The position numbers and the translations under genes are program-made. The notes under the pieces are model-generated. The model was not told the origin of the DNA, did no database searches, and saw nothing but the letters and a program-made list of their open reading frames with translations. Shown here one piece after another: positions 37,501-49,280 of a stretch of 64,000 nt of DNA (its first letter is position 1; each line of letters begins with the position of its first letter). Source of the stretch: Bispira polyomma. Its lineage: Eukaryota. The stretch is from contig OZ287754.1 in the NCBI GenBank assembly GCA_965649765.1, forward strand, positions 49,910,001-49,974,000. The letters are read 5' to 3'.

Positions 37501-39378
37501 ACACACACAAATACAAATGGGTGTACCATAATGTTGATTTAAATTGTTTTCATATTTATTTTGAAATATCTTTTATGCAACTGATTATAAAGTATAATGT
37601 GTAAATTAAAAAAAAAAATATTTTTTCAAATTTATTTTGAAAAAATAAAATATTACATTTGAACTGTGACATATTGATTTAAATGAATTTAAAAAAAAAT
37701 GCTACTTTACGACTTTAAGGGTATCCCAAAGTCATACTAAAACACATTGGGAGGTGTCCTGTTTTTGACTAATTTATGCACCTGTAAAAAACAATGATGT
37801 GTGTACTCCCCTATTTTATAATATTTCACCACCATCCATTATTCAATGACTAATTACCTTAAAAGCCACTCCACCATTGGGCTTTTGTTTCAGAAAATGG
37901 CCGTCTTGGTAAAATGAGGCTTTTTTTTGGTATTGTCTAATATTGTGTCTAACAAAAAAAAATGTATTTTCCACTCCTTTGCACCAAACCCATTAAAACT
38001 ATTATGACATCAGTGTAATTTATCACTCCCTTTTCTTTAACACACCGTCATCCACACACATCCATTATAAGAGGCTGAAATCAGGAGTCCCAATGTTACC
38101 CGACAATTGATAGGCTTTTGATAATGAATTAACCATCTCACTGGGACTCCATTTGTGACATATTACAACCCGAAGAATTGCATTAAATTTGATGCCATTT
38201 ATTGATGGAATTGTGAAATTTCACGCCACTAATGCAAATGCATCAGTGCTTTATTGTTAGACTCCATTATGTAATCAAATGTCAAAAAATGTAAATACGT
38301 GAAATGTCACCAAATTAGTTGGTTATGATCCTTATTATGAGGCAAGTTTTCTTTAGCATGTTTCCCCCCCCCCCCCCCCCCCCCCCAAAATTTTTATTTG
38401 GATTTAGAGCATGCTTTTTTTTTGTATAAACATATATTTTTGTCACCAAAATGTAAATTCCTAGATTTTCAACCTAATGACAATTTCAAATAACAAAAAA
38501 AAAACAAAAAAAAACAAAAAAACAGCAAGGAATTCATTTTATTATCAATGCATGTATATGTGTATCCTTGGTACTAATTGTTATTCTAAATAAACTGTAC
38601 AACCAGTTTGCCTTTTTATTAAATAATATCTACCTACAGATGTTCACTCTGTCATGAATATCTTATTTAGTACATCTGTAATTCTTTAATTACCCCTCAC
38701 TCTCCGGCATATTTGTTACAACGTTATTTTTGTAATAGATCAAGAGCCAGTTTAAAAGGTGGCTGTTGTATATATATCAAAATCCTTCCAAAATGAAAAC
38801 ATTGTAAGGGACGGGGGGGAAATATTAAAGCGCCATTGTCTATAGTTCTGTTCTTAATATTTAGAAGAGCTGTACAGGATTCAGAGTATCACTGACAGTT
38901 TTTTTGTTTTTACATAAATCGTTTAATCCAATGTTTTTTCAGACTTTTAACACTTGATTCAAATTCGTTCAACCCGTCGCAAACAAACACAGCAGATAGA
39001 TTTGGAGCAAGAACTGTCTTTAAAACTAACATTTTTATCCTTTCTTTCCTGCCCCAACTCCTGTGTGACTTTTCAGAACAGAAGTAGTTACATATGCCTA
39101 GGTGGATGTGGTTTGTCACCAGGATGACAAAACTACTGAACTAATGTTCTTGATATTTAGTGGAGAGATAGGGAATTGGGCAAGAATACATCCATTACAT
39201 TTTTGAGTGGATCCTTTTTCATTTTTTTAACACTGGAAAGCCTTGGTATAAGTATGCATTCCAAACCGAGTCTCTGTATAGTTTACTAGTTCATTTATAT
39301 TGTGTTAGTTTTCCGTCACTACAACACTAATATCATGAAATATATACATGTCTATATGGATCATAAGATGACCTACAG

Positions 39379-39651
39379 TAATGCCTAGGTTCCACATTCA
39401 CGATCCATCTCCATAACTATCCACAACTCAACAGGATTTAACGAGACATGCAAAACTTTGTGGCTGCTCCACAAAAGTCTTGAAATATTGTTAGGACCCC
39501 AGCAGGACGAATACCAATAGATCCACTAGGACCTACGACAGTGTCAGGACGTTGACAAGACTACTCAGGATCCTCTCCTGACATGGACTTGCTGACTTGT
39601 TAATTGGTGCAAGTCAGGATTATGGATCGTGACAGTTGGAGCTAGGCATTA
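39379..39651. mobile_element. PIF/Harbinger-like MITE
   Basis: TAATGCCTAG..TCCA..TCACGATCCAT versus ATGGATCGTGA..TGGA.CTAGGCATTA; TAA/TTA flanks. Confidence 0.75.
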
Positions 39652-41919
39652 CAGAGTTACATGATCTCAATGGGTTTGTTAGTTAGTTACAATTTAATTA
39701 TTTGTCATATTATATTACATATATAGCATGCCTGTTGAAAGGCTTTTTTATTTGAATTTTTGCACTATGAAATAAAATGTTACCAGTTATTGCAAGTTAT
39801 CCCAGGTGCAGTCGTGTACAGAACAGTCTCACTTACACAATGCTATTATATGTATATGCAGGTGGTAGGATTTGAACAACTGGCCAGGGGTGTACAATAG
39901 CTTTACAAAGATTTAGGGAAATATTTTTGAAATATTCCACAGGAGGTATGGGTCACACACCTGGGCAATTTACATGAATATCTCTATCAGTATCTGTATA
40001 TCTTATAAGATTTTTGTAGCACCAAGAAAATGAGGGGGTGGTTTATAAATATAAAGGGAAAACCTTGAAAAGGTATTTACAGTAACAATTGAAGAATAGG
40101 GATATATCTTTTACATATATCTGATAGACCAAGCTTTTACTGTGGTTTCATATGAGTGAAGTATGGGAGGGGATATATATATATTTCTAACTACACAAAC
40201 TTTTGTAAATATATAATAGATTATATACATTTCTGTGTAGGATTCTATATAGCACACCTGGAATGGACACATCTAATAAATTGCTACCTGGAATAAATAC
40301 CTGAGTATATGCACACAATGTACTGAAAAAAATCAAAGAGTGTTGCCTCTTTTGTCAAACTGGAGTTTTTGTTAGTTTAGGTGGCTTGGATTAAGTAGAG
40401 ATTACCCAACCCACCCCCCTCTGATTAAAAAAAGGCTACACACATAATTAGAGACATTTTGGTGCAATTAAGATGACGTGTCTGAGGTCATTCACACAGA
40501 GAACACACAAAAAAAAAATGTAAATAGTTTTATGGTGAATACTTAAACTGGCCACTGTGAAATGAAGTCAGTTTTTATATACTTTACTTTTCTAGCTTTT
40601 AACAACAATTGACAATGATAAAGTGTTGTTTTAAATATTTCTGGAAAAAATCCAATTGCTCAAAATATATTATACTATGATCTTAAACTATAAGCAACAT
40701 TTAATATATTTTCTAACCTAAGATGGTAACCTTTATGGAAATCTTATTTCACCACACAGACTTTAGACTGGAGACGAATGTTTTTAACACTAAGTATAGG
40801 GGTAGATTTACCTTATTACACAATGTGACTTTTCTATAATATGAAAGGCAGGGATTTTTTTCCTTCTTCTCAGTAAATCCTATTAGTACTCATTGTGACC
40901 CAGTTTACCTCAAGGGTCTTTAGTTCTCTCATCTGTTTGATAGACATTCTACTTCCAAAAAGATCAGAAGGTTTTAATTAGAGGGATTAACACCCAACTG
41001 GTTCCTCCATATACAATAATTATAGAATGCTGAATATGGGGGGATTTGGAGGAGCTTCTCTATTCTAATTATATCAACATGTATAATAAAATATTAATAG
41101 CCTCTTCACCCCCCCCCCCCCCAATATTCTTTTTCTTTCCTCAAGACGAAAAGAGGTTGACTTCAATCAGAGGGGTTTTGTTTTGTTCACTCCAGAAAAG
41201 GGTAACACGGGGTTGTTTGAAGACTCAATATGGGATGTGTGTGTATTAATGGATTACAGGCATTATTACAGCCTAATCCAGAGCCACTTCAATTGCATTT
41301 TCCTCCTGCACCAAATCTCTTTTCAATTTTGGTTGTGTTAAATAAAATGGAGTTACCTTTAAGAATAGTACAAACTATAATCTTTAAAAAGACGTCTCTC
41401 CACACACCTTAGATCTGAACATACACACATATTAAAACAGATGTCCCATACATGGTTCCCCATTAGTCATGCAAAGACAGCCAGGGTCCCCTTCAGTAGC
41501 TGATAACAATAGGACTGACTATTATTCATCCTTTTCAATCCCCCCTTCACCTCTTCTCTTGTTGAAAAGAGGTTAACAATTGTATTTGTGGGTGTTGTAT
41601 AGCAAGATGAGTAGAGAAAACAGGGGGGGGGGGGGGGGGGGTCTGTGAAATTGAGAACTTACCAGGCTTGGATTAAGTAGTACATTTTGTTTTCTAGCCA
41701 GCACACCTGCATTTAAATGGGGAGGGGGGAGTTTTGGGGGGGAGAGGCAAGGGCTCACGCATTCTTAGCGTGCCATACACTGTCCAACGCTTTATTGTTG
41801 TCTCTAAGTGCGGGCCTTATTAGCTCCTCTGCTTCAGTAATTGGCGGGTGAGTGGCGCTGGGGGAAGGAGGGGGAATTAGCTGTGGGACGAGGGGGGGGG
41901 GGGCAGAGGGATATTTGGC

Positions 41920-41927
41920 TATAAATA
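41920..41927 (+). promoter_or_regulatory. TATA box of the HLH gene
   Basis: GGCTATAAATAAGGGG ~370 bp upstream of the ATG, preceded by a GC/G-rich proximal promoter (41750-41910). Confidence 0.65.
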
Positions 41928-42287
41928 AGGGGGATGATTGTAGGTCATGTATCACAACATCATTGTGTACTGTGCAGTGTAGACGGATTTGAACAGTACT
42001 ACTAAAAAGCTTTAACACAGAGTGAGCACTTGTCGATAGTTTGACGTTCACATTTTTATTTTGGCAAAAAAAAAAAAAAAAAAACTTTTATGCAAAGGAG
42101 CTGAAGTTTATTGGTCATTTAAAAAATATATACTATTTAGCATCAGAGAGTTTATACTTTGTTCTGGAACAAGTTTACAATTTTCTGGAACAAAAAAAAA
42201 AAAAAAGCAAAGGACGTGTATAGAGATTTGAAGGTGTTTTTTAGCTGGTATATTGTCAGTTCTTTTGTTACAACAATAAAACAAAAG

Positions 42288-42479
42288 ATGTTAGCTAACA
42301 GTATGGATGTGTGTACCAGTGGGTACACTACCTGTTACCAGTTTACTGGTCAGCATGCTATGGCCCTGAAGGTGACCAAGAAATACAGGGTGGCCAAACT
42401 GAAGAAGCAACAAAAGAAGGAGTACAGGAACTTGAAGAAAGCCCTGCCAAATCTGAGGAAGGTGGACAAAGTGACCAAG
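42288..42479 (+). CDS. Id/Emc-related HLH protein, coding exon 1 (helix 1 and loop)
   Basis: MLANSMDV...QKKEYRNLKKALPNLRKVDKVTK; 64 codons; donor AAG|GTAAGA, phase 0. Confidence 0.85.
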
Positions 42480-43128
42480 GTAAGAACGTCACCCATAGTC
42501 TTACTGTAACCTTAGTGATCTGATGGTTTTGTCAATGTGATATCCTTGGCTTATTATAACTCTATTATTTAGTACTAGTGTGGCTGTATATGCCCATCCA
42601 ATTTTAGATTACCATTTCTAGTTGATTTTAATATTTTTTCTTTGGGTTGGGGGGGGGGGGGGGCAGTATTGCCAATTCCTTCATGTAAATCATCTGGTTT
42701 TCGTTATATTTATGTGGGATTCTTAGTTTATATGTTATTAATTACTGGTATCTGCTTTATAGTATGATTTGTCAGAAAATGTCAAACATGCTGAGACCGT
42801 AGGGTCCTTACCTAATGAAATATATTAAAATATCAAAGTAACTTTGGAATAATAAATTTTAGCTTTTTCTTGGTTAAATCACTAGCTGTAAGCAGGGTCA
42901 CTAAATTTTAATGAACTAATGTTTTATTAAACAGTATATCTATTTATTGTACTGCATTATATCATTATATTTACTTAATGTTTTATTGTAAAGCGCTTTA
43001 GAGCATTTCTATTTACATATTTTTATTATCGTCTCCAGATAATCTGCTAATTTAAAACTGAGTTGACAGAATTATTGGTGAAGAAATTCCAGACTGTATT
43101 ATTTATGTTTACATTTTGTTACTTTTAG

Positions 43129-43201
43129 CTGACAGTGATTGAGGAAGCCATCCGATACATAGATTTCTTACACTCTGAAATCACCAACAAAGTCTTACCA
43201 T
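43129..43201 (+). CDS. Id/Emc-related HLH protein, coding exon 2 (helix 2)
   Basis: Acceptor TTTTGTTACTTTTAG; LTVIEEAIRYIDFLHSEITNKVLP (K..I...AI.YI..L helix-2 consensus); donor T|GTAAGT, phase 1. Confidence 0.9.
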
Positions 43202-43650
43202 GTAAGTAGGGTTTACAGCTTTTTGAGGGATAATAAAAAGCTAAAACTATTTAGTATCTATTATGCAGTAATACAAACATGTACCTAGATATCCAGCAGT
43301 ATCTTTAGTATGGAAAATCAGGGTTTCAATCAGTTTTCTGATTTCAAATGCTAGTAAATTTAAAGTGTTAATATAAAAATTAAAAAAGGTGCCTACTTCA
43401 ATTTTTTGTCATATTATACATAAATATATAAAAATGTTCAAAAGACCCAAATCAATTTTTGAATAAAGTATATATGTGTAAAACTATGTATAACCACTGT
43501 TTCCAAGATTGTAAAATCAATTGACTTATGAGCCAATTGAGGCTAGGTAATTTTTATTTATATGTATTGCTATTTTAAACTTTAAAGTTAACATAAAACA
43601 ATGTTTTCTGCAAAAACTTACCTAATCGAATTTTGTTCATGTATTTGTAG

Positions 43651-43793
43651 ATGACACCCCAATCTCACCTCTAAAAGATGATGCCAGTATAATGATGGAT
43701 ACGAGTATATCATCGGACGATGAGCATTACCAAAGCTCTACTAATATCAACCAACAGAGGACACCCCTCTCAGAGATCAGAATTAGGTTATAG
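43651..43793 (+). CDS. Id/Emc-related HLH protein, coding exon 3
   Basis: Acceptor GTATTTGTAG; phase-compatible YDTPISPLKDD...QRTPLSEIRIRL*. Spliced CDS is 408 nt = 135 aa. Confidence 0.75.
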
Positions 43794-43817
43794 GAGCAGA
43801 CTATGTACATAATGTAC

Positions 43818-43823
43818 AATAAA
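43818..43823 (+). terminator. Candidate polyadenylation signal
   Basis: AATAAA 25 nt after the stop; alternatives near 43988, 45373 and 47483. Confidence 0.35.
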
Positions 43824-45449
43824 AAAGACTGGAACAAAAGCATGAACAGTGATATTCATCTTGATGTAAATATTATGTACAGTTCTTTGTTATAGTTTTG
43901 TATATGTCTATTGGCAGTGCCATACTTTACTGTTGTTTCCCTTGATAGTAGTTGGTTCTTGTTTTTAAAACAAAATATTTTTTATTATAATAAATTTCTA
44001 CAATTTTTGAATTAAATCAGGCTTAAATATGACATATTTAATCAACTCATTTGATTAAACCAGTAAGAATTGTTTTTCAATTGGGTATAATAAAATAGTC
44101 GGACGTTTCTTTACAAAATCACTGTAGGGTTAATAATGTTAAAATATTCATTGCATGCAAAGTGAATGGACAATGGGACTTAAACAGAAGGGTGACTACT
44201 AAAATACAAACAAGCTGTCAGTCAGGTGCCAGTCAGGTGGGAATTGTACAGACGTGTTTTGTGTCACTGACTGGCAAGTCAGGTCTCATGCTTTGGGAAA
44301 TTTAAAGTTTGACCTTAAACTGAAAACTGGCAAATTTATTTATTTCCAATTACTTCTTGCACATTAGTTTAGATCAGCTAATGGTACTAATATTATACTG
44401 ATCAAAACATTTTAGAGGGTGAAATAAGGTATAAAACTGAAAGTTTAGTATAAATTATATCAAATGCTTGTGTTGTGTGTAAATAAGATATTATTTGATC
44501 AAACTTTTGAAATAGTAAAATATTTTAGAAATCACATTTATCTGATCAATCTGCAAATATTGTTCTTTTTTTTTTTGGCCTACAGGATATATAGTAAACG
44601 TTTATCATATATGCTTTTAAGATCATCTTAACTACACAAAAGATAGGGGGTTTCTCAAACATGGGCCTGGGGGGGGAGGGGGGGGGGTTAAAAATAAATG
44701 AGAAATGTGTACAACAAAGGCTTAAGCTCTGAGGGTTTTTACTGAGGCGTGCTTAATATGGCATGTTTACTATTTGAGGGGTAGAATGTAAAGAGGTGTC
44801 TCTTTTACTAGGGTTAACTGAGCTGTGTAATATTTATACATGAGTATGTATATATATATATATAAAAGGCTATGTACACGTTAAGTAGAGGGTAGACTTA
44901 TACATATAGAGAGGGTTATATAGTAGGGCATTATAGACCAGTTCTCTTTGCTTGGTTTAGTTTGAATAATTATACACATTTTTGTATGATAAAAGAGAGA
45001 AGGCTTGTCTTAGGGGATAAAATGGCATCTAGGGTTTTTTTTGTTAAAAGCTGTTCACCTGTTTTTAAATAGCTTTTGTATTATTCATTGAATTACATAC
45101 ACACTAGTTAGTTTGTGGATTTTTTGTTTTTATCTATATATCTAAGGGGCCCTGTCAGAATTTTGCTCTGTTTACAAAGTGGGCGTATAAAAGTACTAGT
45201 ACATTCCAAAAGTATTGTACAGCAGAACAGAGGTGTGTGTAGTAGTGAATTTAGTTTAGTGTAGGTTGTGTGCAGTGTAAACAGTTAGTTTATATGTAAT
45301 GCACATTATTAGTTTGAATATAGGTTATTAGTTAGTAATATTCCATTGATATGTATCAAATCAGTATGGAATAATAAATGTATTGGTATTTTTAGCCAGC
45401 TCATTGCAGTTACAAAAAATGTACAGAATATGTGTGTGTTCAGTAGTTG

Positions 45450-45765
45450 TACTGGTAAACCCATTTACAGTCACAAAATGATGTACAAATAGGTGTATTT
45501 AGTTTACTAGTAAAGCCCATTACAGTCACAAATTGATGTACAAATAGGTGTATTTAGTTTACTAGTAAAGCCCATTACAGTCACAAATTGATATATAGTA
45601 TAAGTGTGTTCTTAGTTTTTAGTAGCAAGCCCATTTACAGTCACATATTAAATGTACAAAATAGGTGTCCTTAGTTTGTTTAGTAAAGCCCATTTACAGT
45701 CACATATTAAATGTACAGAAAGTAATTGTAGTTTACTGGCATTCTAGTAAGCCCATTGCAGCCCA
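45450..45765. repeat. ~57-bp tandem repeat, 5-6 units
   Basis: AGCCCAT(T)TACAGTCACA...TGTACAAATAGGTGT..TTAGTTTACTAGTAA. Confidence 0.88.
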
Positions 45766-46282
45766 ATATACTGGGCTGAGAATGGGTTTCTGGTGCCTCA
45801 GCCCATATTGGTCACATATATCGTGTATAGAGTAATGAGGTTACTTTGTTGAAGTAAATTTAGTGGTTTATTATTGTACTGAGCTAAGGCAACATGGAAG
45901 TAATATATGTATTCATTTAGTATAAACATCGGCCTGACGTTTTGTTAGAGATGTAGTAAGGTGTTGAGTGGATTGATATGTATTTATTCGTTTTCTAATC
46001 ATAGAAATGGGTAATTTACATTGGCTTTCTTGTAATCAAAAAATAGTGTGGATTTTGTTTTATTTTGGGTATTTGGTTCTTTAATTTTTTGTGGTTTTTA
46101 AAAGGTGTTTTTGTTATATAGAAAGTAGAAAATTGATTGTTCAAGCCTATTTTATATAGGTGTACATTTTTACTATTGGTATATTAGGCTGAGGTTTAAA
46201 ATCAAAAGTTTAATTTTTCAATTGAGGTTAAGGTTCTTATTATTTGACAGGCTTTACATTTTAGAAGCTTCTATTTTGTTTT

Positions 46283-47125
46283 ATTAAGTGTATTTTGGTC
46301 TTAGGTTAATTTTATTTTGTAAGTTTACAGTAGGGGTTTTGGTTTATATAATTAATTAGGTGTATTTTGGTCTGTGGTTAATTTTATTTTGTAAGTTTTA
46401 TTAAGTGTAGTGTATTTTGGTCTAAGGTTGATTTTATTTTGTAAGTTTACAGTTGGGTTTTGGTTTATATGATTTAATAAGTGTATTTTGGTCTAAGGTT
46501 TATTTTATTTTGTAAGTTTAAATAAGTGTATTTTGGTCTAAGGTTGATTTTATTTTGTAAGTTTACAGTTGAGTTTTGTATAATATGATTTAATAAGTGT
46601 ATTTAGGTCTAAGGTTGTTTTTATTTTGTAAGGTTTAATAAGTGTATTTTGGTCTAAGGTTCATTTTATGTAGTAAGTTTACAGTTAGGTTTTGGTTAAT
46701 ATGATTTAATAAATATAATTTGGTCCAAGGTTCATTTTATTTTGTATGTTTACAGTTGGGTTTTGGTCTATATGATTTATTAAGTGTATTTTGGTCTACG
46801 GTTGATTTTTTTTAAAGTTTTATTAAGTGTATTTTGGTCTAAGGTATTTTATTTTGTAAATTAACAATTAGGTTTAGGTTGATATGATTTAATAAGAGTA
46901 TTTTGGTCTAAGGTTGTTCTTATTTTGTAAGTTGGGTGTTGGTTATTGTGATTTTATGAAATGTCTTTTGGGCAAAGGTTATTTTTATTTTGTAAGTTGT
47001 GTTATGGTTTCTATGATTTTATAAAGTGTCTTTCGGGCAAAGGTTATTTTAATTTGATAAGTTTTACCATTGGTTTAAGGGTTATATGATTTCATTAAGT
47101 GTATAAGGGTCTAAGATTATTTTTA
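46283..47125. repeat. T-rich minisatellite mixing ~73-bp and ~45-bp units
   Basis: AAGTGTATTTTGGTCTAAGGTT.ATTTTATTTTGTAAGTTT with or without ACAGTTGGGTTTTGGTTTATATGATTT. Confidence 0.88.
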
Positions 47126-47756
47126 TCTTTGTATGGTTGTCATTGAAATGAGTTATTATATGTCATTTGGTTATTTTGGGGTTATCATTTCAGTTGAATG
47201 CATGGTTTATAATGTTGTATTTTTTAAAAAACAACTGTTGTACAAAAATATACGTTTTATATATATATATAAAGCTTAGTGTATATATTGACATGTATAT
47301 ACATCACTCATGTGCCATAAAATTGTATATAAAGATTTGTACAGTGACTTATTCCTGCTGGCAGATTGTATAGAGATATATGTCTCTCGTTTGTATTAAT
47401 GTGAAGCCTATGTGTGTATAGTGTGTAGTAAACATACGAGCGTCGCCCACCAAACCAAATGTACAGTTATAATGAAAACATGAATAAATTTGTTGATTTT
47501 TATATAAACATTGACTTTTTAGTAATCTTTTTAGAAATAATTTCAAATTACTTGCTACTAGACACAAAAATGTGATCCATTTGTTTCCTATCTTTTTGGT
47601 CTCCCATGACCTAGTGGTCAGGGAGTTAGTCTGGTGATCAGAAGGTCCCTGCTATAACCCCTTCTAATGCCGCCAAGTTGGTGGAATAGCATCCTTGAGC
47701 AACACGTGAATATGTCACATTGCCTACTGATGACAACCGAGACTATGTTGTAGTCA

Positions 47757-47822
47757 TCTAATCTAATCTAACTTTTATAGTGCTTAATCTCTCCTTCTAA
47801 GGGAATTCTAAGCGCGCAGGAC
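47757..47822 (-). mobile_element. L2-type 3' end fragment
   Basis: (CTAAT)n, TTTTATAGTGCTT and AATTCTAAG.GCGCA, as at 15770-15830. Confidence 0.55.
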
Positions 47823-48754
47823 AGTATCATTATTCAATTTGCATTTCCGTTACGTTGGTTAGACAAGCATGGGTCAGCACCATGGAGACGCCGGGTGAAT
47901 TTAGGGCTATGGTGGAATAGCCTTGTCGAATAGGTAGTCATACCCATTTTTGGATAACAAATGCCATAGAGGATGACTTATCAATAGAAGGCTAAATAAA
48001 TGCTTTAGTAACAATATTAATAATATTGGCCATTCACTATACCCATTTTCTAAGAATCATATTAATCCAAAGTTTTTAACTGGAACTTATACTTAAACAC
48101 AAATACTACATATAGAGATTCCCTTATCAAAGAGATTAACCTGGTCATGTAACCAGTCATTTTTGACATTCATCTGGGAACAGAAATATGTGCTCATATT
48201 TATGATATCCTTGCACCAGGACATATTTTTTAGGTTATCGTAAGTTTAATTTTAAAACTTGTTATACAAATATGGCCTCGGTTACAGAAAGTGTAGATGT
48301 GCCAAGTCATAACTGTACTACGTCATAACCTGACACCATTTTGACCTTTAACTATTATTTCTTTCGACTATTTAGTTATTGGGTAGATCTGGGGGCGTAC
48401 TCACAAAAATTCTGAGAATGGAATTATTACAATTGTCTTAGTCTCAGCCAATCAAATTCTTTGACACAATATTTTGATCCAATCAAATTACTCAGGACAA
48501 ACATTTAAAAGTAAGAATATTTGTGAATTCCAGCCTGGATGTTATTTTGAAATTGGCATTTTTCTTCCCCTTGGCGATTTATGCTTTACTTGTTTATACC
48601 ACTTTACACATATCCTATTTCACTTACTCATAATAAGAATGCAGTAACATCTGGACTGTAGTAACAGTAATACTTTGGCTGCACTTATGCCTCACTAATC
48701 TAGAATTGTATTTACATTATAATATTTTCCATTGGTGAGAATTTATACATCACC

Positions 48755-49280
48755 CTATTGGTATACCATCCTCTATTGGTGTACCATCCTCTATTGGTGT
48801 ACCATCATCTATTGGTGTACCATCCTCTATTGGTATACCATCCTCTATTGGTGTACCATCCTCTATTGGTATACCATCATCTATTGGTGTACCATCCTCT
48901 ATTGGTGTACCGTCCTCTATTGGTATACCATCCTCTATTGGTGTACCATCCTTTATTGGTGTACCATCATCTATTGGTATACCATCCTCTATTGGTGTAC
49001 CATCCTCTATTGGTATACCATCCTCTATTGGTGTACCATCATCTATTGGTATACCATCATCTATTGGTATACCATCCTCTATTGGTATACCATCATCTAT
49101 TGGTGTACCATCCTCTATTGGTATACCATCCTCTATCGGTGTACCATCCTCTATTGGTGTACCATCCTTTATTGGTGTACCATCAGCTATTGGTATACCA
49201 TCCTCTATTGGTGTACCATCATCTATTGGTATACCATCCTCTATTGGTGTACCATCCTCTATTGGTATACCATCCTCTAT
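48755..49280. repeat. 18-bp minisatellite, ~29 copies
   Basis: Unit CTATTGGTRTACCATCMT, very homogeneous. Confidence 0.97.

Noticed and set aside
41750-41880. BMP/Smad response element typical of Id genes
   Set aside because: Only TGGCGCT is present; no GGCGCC-N5-GTCT composite found by eye.
42159-42287. N-terminal extension of ORF 42159-42509
   Set aside because: Non-ATG start through poly-A 5' UTR; the first in-frame ATG is at 42288, and the ORF tail after 42479 is intron.
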